A stretch of 12,181 nt of DNA from the NCBI GenBank assembly GCA_041492755.1, contig JBGPXN010000141.1, positions 1 through 12,181 on the forward strand, written 5' to 3'. The stretch is from Candidatus Methylomirabilia bacterium (GTDB lineage Bacteria > Methylomirabilota > Methylomirabilia > Rokubacteriales > CSP1-6). The notes below the pieces were generated by a model, which searched no databases, was not told the origin of the DNA, and worked only from the letters and a program-made list of their open reading frames with translations. The position numbers and the translations under genes are program-made. Below are positions 1-7,145 of this stretch, one piece after another. Positions within the stretch are counted from its first letter, which is position 1. Every line of letters starts with the position of its first letter.

Positions 1-54
1 CGCGGTCGGCGACGGCGCCGTCTCGATCTCGATCGACTCCAACAGGTCGCTCAC
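1..54 (-). CDS. 5' end of a probable phospholipase/carboxylesterase (alpha/beta hydrolase), running off the window
   Basis: Manual translation from GTG at 54 (alternative ATG at 63) gives (M)SDLLESIEIETAPSPTA. This resembles the N-terminus that precedes the 'VIWLHGLG' motif in this family. Only 18-21 codons are visible. Confidence 0.6.
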   Translation of the reverse strand, partial: MSDLLESIEIETAPSPTA

Positions 55-61
55 GTCGCGC

Positions 62-70
62 ATGCTATCA
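62..70 (-). promoter_or_regulatory. Extended -10 element (TGA-TAGCAT), probably giving a leaderless transcript
   Basis: The minus strand reads TGA TAGCAT GCGCGAC GTG: TGn + TAnnnT 7 nt before the GTG at 54, with no Shine-Dalgarno. Confidence 0.45.
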
Positions 71-144
71 CGCGGCGGCGCGCCGTCCGGCCGCCACCGA
101 AGCGCCACCTCATCGCTTCCGCGACGGATGCGCGCGCACGGGGG

Positions 145-178
145 TATCATAGCCGGCACTCTCGCCTGGAAAAGGGAG
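145..178 (+). promoter_or_regulatory. Candidate -10 (TATCAT, 145-150) and RBS (GGGAG, 174-178) for the hydratase/dehydrogenase gene
   Basis: Motif match in an AT-richer spot. The RBS lies 7 nt before ATG 186. No clear -35. Confidence 0.4.
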
Positions 179-185
179 TCCCAGC

Positions 186-2267
186 ATGGAAGCCAAGAGT
201 CTTGTCACGCTGAGCCGTCGCGACCGCATCGCCGTCCTCACCGTCGACAACCCGCCCGTCAACGCGCTCAGCCACGGCGTTCGCCTGGGGCTGCGCGACG
301 GGCTGCGCGCCGCCGCCGCCGATCCCGCCCTGAATGCCATCGTCATCGTGTGCGCGGGACGGACGTTCATCGCGGGGGCGGACATCACCGAGTTCGGCAA
401 GCCCCCGAAGGAGCCCGGGCTCCACGAAGTGCTCGACCTGATCGAAGGGAGCCCCAAGCCGGTGGTGGCGGCGGTGCACGGCACGGCGCTCGGCGGCGGG
501 CTCGAGGTCACGCTCGCCTGCCACTACCGCGTCGGCGTGAAGTCGGCGCGCTTCGGATTGCCCGAGGTGAAGCTCGGCCTGCTGCCCGGGGCCGGAGGCA
601 CGCAGCGCCTGCCGCGCGTGGTTGGCGTCGACAAGGCGCTGCAGATGATCGTCAGCGGCGACCCGATCAGCGCCGACGAAGCGCTGCGCCACGGACTGAT
701 CGACGAGATCGTGGATGGCGACCTCACCGCGGCCGGCGTCGCCTTCGCCACGAAGGTGGTGGCGGAGAAGCGCCCGCTGCGCAAGATCCGCGACGTCGAG
801 GACAAGATCGCGGCGGTCCGCGGCAAGCCGGAAGTGTTCGCGGAGTTTCGGAAGTCGGTGGCTCGCCAGACGCGCGGCTTCCGCGCGCCCGAGAACTGCA
901 TCAAGGCAGTGGAGGCGGCCGTCAACCTGCCCTTCGACCAGGGCCTCAAGCGCGAGCGCGAGCTATTCCAGGAGCTGATGGCCTCACCCGAGTCGGCGGC
1001 CCAGCGCTACTTCTTCTTCGCCGAGCGCGAAGCGGCCAAGATCCCCGACGTGCCCGCCGACACGCCGACCCGCACCATCAACAAGGCGGCCGTGCTCGGC
1101 GCCGGCACGATGGGCGGCGGCATCGCCATGAACTTCGCCAACGCGGGCATCCCCGTCACCGTGGTCGAGGTGAGCCGCGAGGCGCTCGACCGCGGGCTCG
1201 GCGTCGTGCGCAAGAACTACGAAGCGACCGCGTCGCGGGGACGGATCACCAAGGACGACGTCGAGAAGCGCATGGGCCTCATCAAGGGCAGCACCGACTT
1301 CAACGACGTGGCCGACGCCGACATCGTGGTCGAGGCGGTGTTCGAGGAGATGCCGATCAAGAAGGAGGTGTTCGCCAGGATCGACAAGATCGCCAAGGCG
1401 GACGCCGTGCTCGCCAGCAACACGTCGACCCTCGACGTCAACGAGATCGCGTCCGCCACCGGCCGGCCCCAGAGCGTGGTCGGCATGCACTTCTTCAGCC
1501 CGGCCAACGTCATGCGGCTGCTCGAGGTCGTGCGTGGCGCCAGGTCCGACAAGAGCGTCATCGCCACCGCGATGGCGGTGGGCCGGCGCATCGCCAAGGT
1601 CCCGGTGCTCGTCGGCGTCTGCGACGGCTTCGTCGGCAACCGCATGCTCCATCAGCGCGGGCGCGAGGCCGAGAAGCTCATCCTCGAAGGCGCGCTGCCC
1701 CAGCAAGTCGACAAGGTCCTGACCGACTACGGCTTCCCGATGGGCCCCTTCGCGATGGGCGATCTCGCCGGCCTCGACGTCGGCTGGCGCATCCGCAAGG
1801 GCAAGGGCGCCAAGGCGATCGTCGCCGACCGCCTGTGCGAGATGGGACGCTTCGGCCAGAAGACGGGCGCCGGCTATTTCCGCTACGAGGGGAACGACCG
1901 CACGCCCAAGCCGGACACCGAAGTCGAGAAGATCATCGCCGACGCCTCGACCGAGCTCGGGATCACGCGGCGTCCCATCGACGACGCCGAGATCCTCGGT
2001 CGCTTGCTCTATCCGATGGTCAACGAGGGCGCCAAGATCCTCGAAGAGAAGCTCGCCATCCGCGCCAGCGACATCGACGTGATCTGGGTCTACGGCTACG
2101 GCTGGCCCGTGTACCGCGGCGGCCCGATGTTCTGGGCCGACACCGTGGGCCTGAAGGTCATTCGCGACAAGATACTCGAGTGGCAGCGCAAGCACGGCGA
2201 CCACTGGAAGCCGGCCGCGCTGCTCAACCGCCTGGCCGACGCGGGCAAGGGCTTCCGCGACCTGTAG
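186..2267 (+). CDS. Bifunctional enoyl-CoA hydratase / 3-hydroxyacyl-CoA dehydrogenase (FadB/FadJ/PimF-like), 693 aa
   Basis: Crotonase motifs FIAGADI, GGGLE and PEVKLG. Rossmann motif GAGTMGGG, plus [30 protein letters not shown] and GQKTGAG. RBS present. Confidence 0.95.
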   Translation: MEAKSLVTLSRRDRIAVLTVDNPPVNALSHGVRLGLRDGLRAAAADPALNAIVIVCAGRTFIAGADITEFGKPPKEPGLHEVLDLIEGSPKPVVAAVHGTALGGGLEVTLACHYRVGVKSARFGLPEVKLGLLPGAGGTQRLPRVVGVDKALQMIVSGDPISADEALRHGLIDEIVDGDLTAAGVAFATKVVAEKRPLRKIRDVEDKIAAVRGKPEVFAEFRKSVARQTRGFRAPENCIKAVEAAVNLPFDQGLKRERELFQELMASPESAAQRYFFFAEREAAKIPDVPADTPTRTINKAAVLGAGTMGGGIAMNFANAGIPVTVVEVSREALDRGLGVVRKNYEATASRGRITKDDVEKRMGLIKGSTDFNDVADADIVVEAVFEEMPIKKEVFARIDKIAKADAVLASNTSTLDVNEIASATGRPQSVVGMHFFSPANVMRLLEVVRGARSDKSVIATAMAVGRRIAKVPVLVGVCDGFVGNRMLHQRGREAEKLILEGALPQQVDKVLTDYGFPMGPFAMGDLAGLDVGWRIRKGKGAKAIVADRLCEMGRFGQKTGAGYFRYEGNDRTPKPDTEVEKIIADASTELGITRRPIDDAEILGRLLYPMVNEGAKILEEKLAIRASDIDVIWVYGYGWPVYRGGPMFWADTVGLKVIRDKILEWQRKHGDHWKPAALLNRLADAGKGFRDL

Positions 2268-2397
2268 ACAATCGCAAAGGCGCTCCCCTTTCGCCAACCC
2301 ACGCAGGCTTGGGACGCCGTGAAGGAACTGAGGACTGCCCGCCTCACACGCGATAACTTCATCCTTTCTGGCCTGTTCCTACACTCCGCCTTGAAGC

Positions 2398-2426
2398 GTG
2401 ACAGCGAGTACCATTTCCGGTACATT
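2398..2426 (+). promoter_or_regulatory. Sigma70-like promoter of the TA operon with a palindromic operator in the spacer
   Basis: GTGACA (2398-2403), 17 nt, TACATT (2421-2426). The inverted repeat GTACC-N6-GGTAC (2408-2423) overlaps the spacer and the -10. Confidence 0.65.
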
Positions 2427-2443
2427 GCGTTAGCGGATACACC

Positions 2444-2782
2444 CTGAAGAAGATTGCGGCGGCGTTTTACCGGACATCGACCGGCACCGAGCCAGTCCGC
2501 GACTGGCTCAAAGGCCTGTCGGCCGAGGATCGTCGCGAGATCGGCCAGGACATCGCCACCGTCGAGTACGGGTGGCCTGTGGGAATGCCGATGTGCAGGC
2601 CCCTGGGGCAGGGACTCTGGGAGGTCCACAGTAACCTTGCTGGCAACCGCATCACCCGGGTGATTTTCTGCGTCGCGCAGGGGCACATGGTGCTCCTGCA
2701 CGGCTTCATCAAGAAGAAGCCGAAGATCCCGGACAAAGACCTCGCCCTGGCCCGCAAACGCATGAAGGAGATCGAGCAATGA
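2444..2782 (+). CDS. Type II TA toxin, RelE/ParE superfamily (Gp49/DUF891-like, HigB position), about 112 aa, CTG start inferred
   Basis: The frame of track ORF 2579-2782 stays open upstream to a TGA at 2399 and reads LKKIAAAFYRTSTGTEPVRDWLKGL...VEYGWPVGMPMCRPLGQGLWEV...RVIF...VLLHGFIKK, the typical family pattern. There is no in-frame ATG/GTG/TTG before 2579. Confidence 0.85.
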   Translation: MKKIAAAFYRTSTGTEPVRDWLKGLSAEDRREIGQDIATVEYGWPVGMPMCRPLGQGLWEVHSNLAGNRITRVIFCVAQGHMVLLHGFIKKKPKIPDKDLALARKRMKEIEQ

Positions 2783-3075
2783 GGAAGCGTGCCACCAAGA
2801 AGGCCGGCATCGGTGCCGCCTTCGATGACTTTTTGAAAGACGAGGGGACCTACGAAGCGACCCAGGCGGTCGCCATCAAGCGGGTCCTCGCCTGGCAGAT
2901 CGACAAGGCGATGAAGGAGCAACGCCTCACCAAGGCGGAGATGGCCCGGCGAATGGACACCAGCCGGAGCCAACTCGACCGGCTCCTCGACCCGGACAGC
3001 GACTCCGTGACTCTGGAAACCCTCACGCGCGCTGCGCGAGCGATCGGGCGTCAGGTCAAGCTCGAGCTCGTGTAG
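2779..3075 (+). CDS. XRE-family HTH antitoxin (HigA-like), 98 aa
   Basis: IGAAFDDFLKDEG N-terminus and HTH region LTKAEMARRMDTSRSQLDRLLDP...VTLETL. ATGA overlap with the toxin stop. Confidence 0.9.
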   Translation: MRKRATKKAGIGAAFDDFLKDEGTYEATQAVAIKRVLAWQIDKAMKEQRLTKAEMARRMDTSRSQLDRLLDPDSDSVTLETLTRAARAIGRQVKLELV

Positions 3076-3076
3076 G

Positions 3077-3293
3077 GTGTCGTTCGACTCTGCTCTCTCT
3101 CTTTACGGGTGCAGGTGGCCTAGATCTCGGACTTGAGGTGGCGGGTTTCGAGCTTGCGCTCTGTATCGAGAGTGATGACGACTGCCGCACCAGGGCAAGA
3201 TTCATGAGTGCGTGGATTTTAGTACGTGCAGACGCCGAAGGAAAGTTCCCGGGGATCGTTGAGGACCTGCCACGCGTGATCGACCGCGTGTGA
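3077..3293 (+). pseudogene. Remnant of a DNA (cytosine-5)-methyltransferase N-terminus fused to an unrelated tail
   Basis: The frame at 3093 reads LSLFTGAGGLDLGLEVAGFELALCIESDDDCRT, matching C5-MTase motif I (FxGxGG) and motif II (acidic E-x-D). It then reads RARFMSAWILVRADAEGKFPGIVEDLPRVIDRV to a stop at 3291-3293. No catalytic PC or ENV motif. Confidence 0.8.
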
Positions 3294-3384
3294 AACGCGG
3301 ATCCGCATGGTGCCGCCCGCTGATCCCGACCTTCGACGCCGCGGGCCCTCAGCATGCATCAGACACGCATGCCTCGGCCGCAAT

Positions 3385-3453
3385 TTACGCGCGAGAGGTT
3401 CCCGCCGCAGGGCGCAGGGACGCGGGGACGCGCATCACCTCGAAGGGATCCAT
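3385..3453 (-). other. 22-codon ORF or gene stub, MDPFEVMRVPASLRPAAGTSRA
   Basis: RBS GAGGAGG (3465-3459) lies 5 nt before ATG 3453. TAA at 3387-3385. Directly downstream of the CoA-transferase on the same strand. Confidence 0.45.
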
Positions 3454-3499
3454 CGGCGCCTCCTCAGAGAAACCGGCGCGTCGCGCCCCGAAGACGCGC

Positions 3500-4705
3500 T
3501 CAGATCACGCCTTTGTCGCGGAACGCGGCGATTTCCGCGGTGCTGTAGCCGAGTTCTCCCAGGATGCCGTCGGTGTGCTCGCCGAGCCTGGGTGCGCCGT
3601 GACGAAAGCGCCCGGGTGTTTCCGACAGATCGACCGGCGTCGGCGAGAGCGGGACCGGGCGCGGCAGGCCGGGATACTCGGTGTCCTGCAGCAGCCCGGC
3701 GGCGCGGATGTGGACGTCATCGAGCGCCTGCTGGGGTGAGTAGAGCGGCCCCGCCGGGATCTTCGCGGCCTCGAGCGCGGCGAGCGCCTCGACGGTGGTG
3801 CGCTCGGCAGTCCACTCGGACATGCGCTTGGAAATAATCTCGCCGTGGTCGCCGCGCGCCTCGTCGTCCTTGAACCGTGGATCGCTCAGCCAGTGGTCGT
3901 CGCCCATGAGCTTCGCCCAGCGCACGAACATCGCGGTGCCGATGGCGTAGGCGATGATCCATCCGTCCTTGGTGCGAAACAGGTCCGACGGCGCGGAGGT
4001 CTGGCCCCGGTTGAGCGTGGCGATGCGGTTCGGCTGGATCACCTGCTGCTCGACCAGCGTGGGATTGTTGAAGGCCACCGCCGTGCGCAGCAGCGCGCCC
4101 TCGACTTTCTGGCCGCGACCGGTTTTCCCGCGCGCCATGAGGGCGGCGAGCGTGCCGAACGCCGCCAGCGAGGCCGTGCCGTAGTCGACCCACGCGACGG
4201 CCGCGCGCATCGGCTGGTCCGGGGTGCCGGTGAGATACGCCGAGCCCGACATCACCTGCCCGATGCCGTCGAAGCCATGCTTGTGGCTCCAGGGTCCGCC
4301 CGCGCCGAACGCGGTCACCGTGGTCAGGATGATGTCCGGCTTCACGCGACGCAGGCTCTCGAGATCGAGCGCGAGCGAGCGCAGCACGTCGGGTGGCAGG
4401 TTGGCGACCACGACGTCCGCGGTGGCCACGAGCTTGCGGACGATCTCGCGGCCCTCGGGCTTGCCGGGATCGAGCGTCATCGCGCGCTTGTTACGATTCA
4501 TGACCAGATACATCGCACCGACGCCCTCCGCACCCACCGGCGCCACCCACCGGTCCTCGCCGCCGTCGCGCCGCTCGATGCGGATCACGTCGGCGCCGAG
4601 ATCGGCCAAGAGCGCCGCGCAGTACGGCCCGGCGATGTAACGCCCGAAGTCCAGCACCCGGATCCCGGCGAGAACGTCCGTTACCTGCCCGTCACGCTCG
4701 CTCAC
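3500..4705 (-). CDS. CaiB/BaiF family III CoA-transferase, 401 aa
   Basis: Motifs LAGIRVLDF...AGPY, LADLGADVIRIE, NRNKR, GFD (catalytic Asp) and APRLGEHT. The GTG start at 4705 is preferred over 4783 because GAGGAGG lies 5 nt upstream. Confidence 0.93.
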   Translation of the reverse strand: MSERDGQVTDVLAGIRVLDFGRYIAGPYCAALLADLGADVIRIERRDGGEDRWVAPVGAEGVGAMYLVMNRNKRAMTLDPGKPEGREIVRKLVATADVVVANLPPDVLRSLALDLESLRRVKPDIILTTVTAFGAGGPWSHKHGFDGIGQVMSGSAYLTGTPDQPMRAAVAWVDYGTASLAAFGTLAALMARGKTGRGQKVEGALLRTAVAFNNPTLVEQQVIQPNRIATLNRGQTSAPSDLFRTKDGWIIAYAIGTAMFVRWAKLMGDDHWLSDPRFKDDEARGDHGEIISKRMSEWTAERTTVEALAALEAAKIPAGPLYSPQQALDDVHIRAAGLLQDTEYPGLPRPVPLSPTPVDLSETPGRFRHGAPRLGEHTDGILGELGYSTAEIAAFRDKGVI

Positions 4706-4761
4706 ACGTTCCTCCTCGCGGCGGCGGGCCGCTGGGTTCGCGCCGCCGGCCGCGTCGACGG

Positions 4762-4791
4762 ATTCTCGACCGGTCGGCACCACACGGTCAA
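4762..4791 (-). promoter_or_regulatory. Candidate promoter for the CoA-transferase
   Basis: TTGACC (4791-4786), 18 nt, GAGAAT (4767-4762). The -10 is imperfect. Confidence 0.3.
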
Positions 4792-4807
4792 GCCGACCAC
4801 GCGATGA

Positions 4808-5317
4808 TCACGCTGACCCGCGCCGGATCTTGTCGAGCAGGTACCAGGACATGTAGGCGCCGTAGCGGGCTTGCAGATCCTTGCGCCGCCAGTCCTGGCC
4901 GGTCACGATGCCACGGCAGGCGGTGGCGCCGCAGCGGCAACTCATCTCGTAGGTGTCGTCGTCGGTCATCGCCCAGTCGTGCGTGAGCTCCTCACCCGTC
5001 CGGATGTCCCGCATTGCCACGAACACGATCTGGCCCTGCACGCCGATGTTCGGCTCGCAGGAGTGGTTGCTGAAGATCATCCCGCCTTCGCGCTCGGCGG
5101 TGCGCCGGGGACCGATGAAAAAGCCATCGGCGACGGGGATCTCCGCGGGACCGAGCGCGGGCTGGACTTCGGCGAGCCCGGCGCGGTCGAGGACGTAGCC
5201 GCCCTTGATGACCACGATCTCGCCCGTGGCGATGGGCGCGGTGGCGAAGAGACCCCGGCCGTGGATCGGGCTCGCGCGCACGGCGGTCTTGGACGAAAGC
5301 CAGGAGAGGTTCGGCAT
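4808..5317 (-). CDS. SET-domain protein with post-SET Zn motif (putative lysine methyltransferase), 169 aa
   Basis: Motifs SPIHGRGLFA, NHSCEPN, IRTGEELTHDW and post-SET CRCGATACRG. ATG 5317 is preceded by GGAGG. The track's upstream extension to 5398 is probably untranslated. Confidence 0.9.
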   Translation of the reverse strand: MPNLSWLSSKTAVRASPIHGRGLFATAPIATGEIVVIKGGYVLDRAGLAEVQPALGPAEIPVADGFFIGPRRTAEREGGMIFSNHSCEPNIGVQGQIVFVAMRDIRTGEELTHDWAMTDDDTYEMSCRCGATACRGIVTGQDWRRKDLQARYGAYMSWYLLDKIRRGSA

Positions 5318-5396
5318 GGTGCGCGCGCCTCCGAGACGGTAGAGTGTCGCAACATTCCGTTGAGACACAAGCCAAAGGAGGCAGGTTCGGACCGGC

Positions 5397-5900
5397 ATGA
5401 CCGACCCCTCGACGCCGTTCGATCGCTACCGCGACGTCGTCCGTCCGGAGTGGATCGATCACAACCAGCATATGAACATGGGGTATTACATGGTCGTCTT
5501 CGACCTCGCCACCGACGAGTTCTTCCGCTGGGTGGGACTGGACGCCGCCCATCGCCGGGCGCGCGAGGTGACGACCTTTTGCCTGGAGGCGCACGTGACC
5601 TACCACCGCGAGGTACGCGTCGACGATCCGCTTCGCTTCACCACCCTGCTGCTCGGCCACGACGCCAAGCGCATCCACTACTTCCACGAGATGTACCACG
5701 CGCGCGAGGGATACCTCGCGGCCACCAACGAGCTCATGTCGCTCCACGTGAGCGCGGCGACACGACGGGCCGCGCCGATGCCCGCCGACGTGCTCGGCCG
5801 TCTCGCCGCCATCCAGTCGGCGCACGATGCGAAGCCGCGCCCGCCGCAGGTCGGCCACACGATGGGCCTGGGCCCACGGCCCGTGTGGAGCGCGTCATGA
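5397..5900 (+). CDS. Hot-dog-fold acyl-CoA thioesterase (4HBT-like; resembles the carnitine dehydrogenase-associated thioesterase subfamily), 167 aa
   Basis: VRPEWIDHNQHMNMGYY...FDLATD, EAHVTYHREV and DAKRIHYFHEM patterns. Confidence 0.85.
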   Translation: MTDPSTPFDRYRDVVRPEWIDHNQHMNMGYYMVVFDLATDEFFRWVGLDAAHRRAREVTTFCLEAHVTYHREVRVDDPLRFTTLLLGHDAKRIHYFHEMYHAREGYLAATNELMSLHVSAATRRAAPMPADVLGRLAAIQSAHDAKPRPPQVGHTMGLGPRPVWSAS

Positions 5901-6388
5901 CGCTCCTGACGCCGATGGTCGAATCGCTCGCGGCGCGTCTGAAAGCGTCGAAGCAAACGGTCGCCGTCGCCGAGTCATCGGCCGGCGGCTTGATTTCCGC
6001 CACGCTGCTGGCCGTCCCCGGCGCCTCCGCGTTCTTCATGGGCGGCGCCGTCATCTACACGCGGACCGCGCGGGAGAACCTTCTCGGCGTGGGCGAAGAC
6101 GCCATGACCGGCATGCGGGCGAGCACCGAGGCCTACGCGCTGCTCAAGGCGCGCACGGTGCGCCAGAAGCTCGGGACGACGTGGGCCATCGCCGAGACGG
6201 GCGCGAGCGGGCCGACCGGCAACCGCTACGGCGACGCCAGCGGCCACGCCTGCATCGCGGTGGTGGGACCGGTCGAGCGCGCGATCACCGTCGAGACCGG
6301 CGACACCGACCGCGAAGCCAACATGTGGCGCTTCACCCGCGCGGCGCTGGAGCTGCTGGAGTCCTGCCTGGCCTCGGCGCCACGCTGA
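5897..6388 (+). CDS. CinA C-terminal / PncC-like protein, 163 aa
   Basis: The real part of track ORF 4871-6388, starting at ATG 5897 (ATGA overlap with the thioesterase stop). Motifs TVAVAESSAGG, VPGASAFF.GG.VIYT and ETGASGP. Confidence 0.88.
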   Translation: MTLLTPMVESLAARLKASKQTVAVAESSAGGLISATLLAVPGASAFFMGGAVIYTRTARENLLGVGEDAMTGMRASTEAYALLKARTVRQKLGTTWAIAETGASGPTGNRYGDASGHACIAVVGPVERAITVETGDTDREANMWRFTRAALELLESCLASAPR

Positions 6389-6400
6389 GGCTGGTTGCCG

Positions 6401-7141
6401 CTACTTGTCGTAGCGGCCGAGGACGTCCTGGGCGTAGCGCACGAACGACTGGTCGACGATGCGGTCGAGGTCGAGCTTGACCTTGACGTCGCCGTCGGCC
6501 GTGAACTGATCGAGCGCTTCCTTGATGCTGGGCACGTTGAGCTCGCCGTTGGGATCGATGGCCGGGAGCACCATGCGGTCGTAGACCCTCCGGTCCTTGA
6601 CCAGCGTGTGCTTCACCAGAATGGCGATGATCTCCTCGCGGTTGCCCTTGCGCTTGTGGATGCCGTCGTAGTAGTCGCGCACGCCCCTGAGATACGCCAC
6701 CATGTAGGCCCGCGCCACCTCGCGCCGGGCCGCGAACTGCTCGGAGAACACGAAGAACGAGTTCTGGCGATTCGGGGTGATCTCGTCGACGCCCTTCCAC
6801 CGGACCGCGAGGCTCTTGGCCACCGCGTCGGTCACCAGCGGCTCGATCGGCAAGGCGGCGTCGATGGCCTTGGTGGCGAACGCCGCGTTCATCTTGCCGC
6901 GAAGGTCGGGATAGTCCTTCACCTGCCCGCCGTCGATCAGGTCCTTGCGGACCATCAGGGCGATCGACGACATGCCCGGACGCGCCGTGTTCTGATCGGC
7001 CACGATCTTCAGGCCCACGCCGCGGGCGATCGAATTGAAGAAGCCCGCGCTGGGGCCCCCGGTCGCGAGGTCGATCTGGCCGGTGGAGATCGGCCCGATG
7101 AGCGCGTTGATGTTGTCGACGGCCACGAACTCGATGGTGAT
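6401..7141 (-). pseudogene. Truncated ABC transporter substrate-binding protein (SsuA/TauA/NMT1-THI5-like)
   Basis: ITIEFV...GQIDLA...NSIARGVGLKIVAD...VRKDLIDGGQVKDYPDLRGK, IDAALPIEP, AYLRG, DRIVDQSF. No signal peptide, and no convincing start codon or RBS. Similarity begins right after the peptidase stop, and an internal segment appears to be missing. Confidence 0.75.
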
Positions 7142-7145
7142 GGGA

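Noticed and set aside
2275..2294. Imperfect hairpin GCAAAGG…CCTTTCGC after the dehydrogenase stop
   Set aside because: Weak bulged stem without a U-tract; not supportable as a terminator.
62..2356. 764-aa plus-strand ORF and 437-aa antisense ORF (984-2297) over the dehydrogenase
   Set aside because: Arg/Gly/Ala-rich off-frame and antisense shadows expected in high-GC DNA. The 186-2267 frame has all the family motifs.
2096..2973. Minus-strand ORFs of 227 and 168 aa across the TA locus
   Set aside because: Antisense to recognisable toxin and antitoxin genes, with no motifs or RBS.
3297..3371. Palindrome GCGGATCCGC (3297-3306) and two GCATGC sites
   Set aside because: Short palindromes of this kind are expected by chance. 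There is no regular spacing, so this is not a CRISPR array or attC site.
3290..3837. Plus-strand ORFs 3290-3739, 3307-3837 and 3354-3548
   Set aside because: Low-complexity translations overlapping the CoA-transferase in antisense, with no motifs.
4871..5896. N-terminal 340 residues of the 505-aa track ORF as a CinA fusion
   Set aside because: Overlaps the SET gene (antisense) and the thioesterase (off-frame). CinA similarity starts only at ATG 5897.
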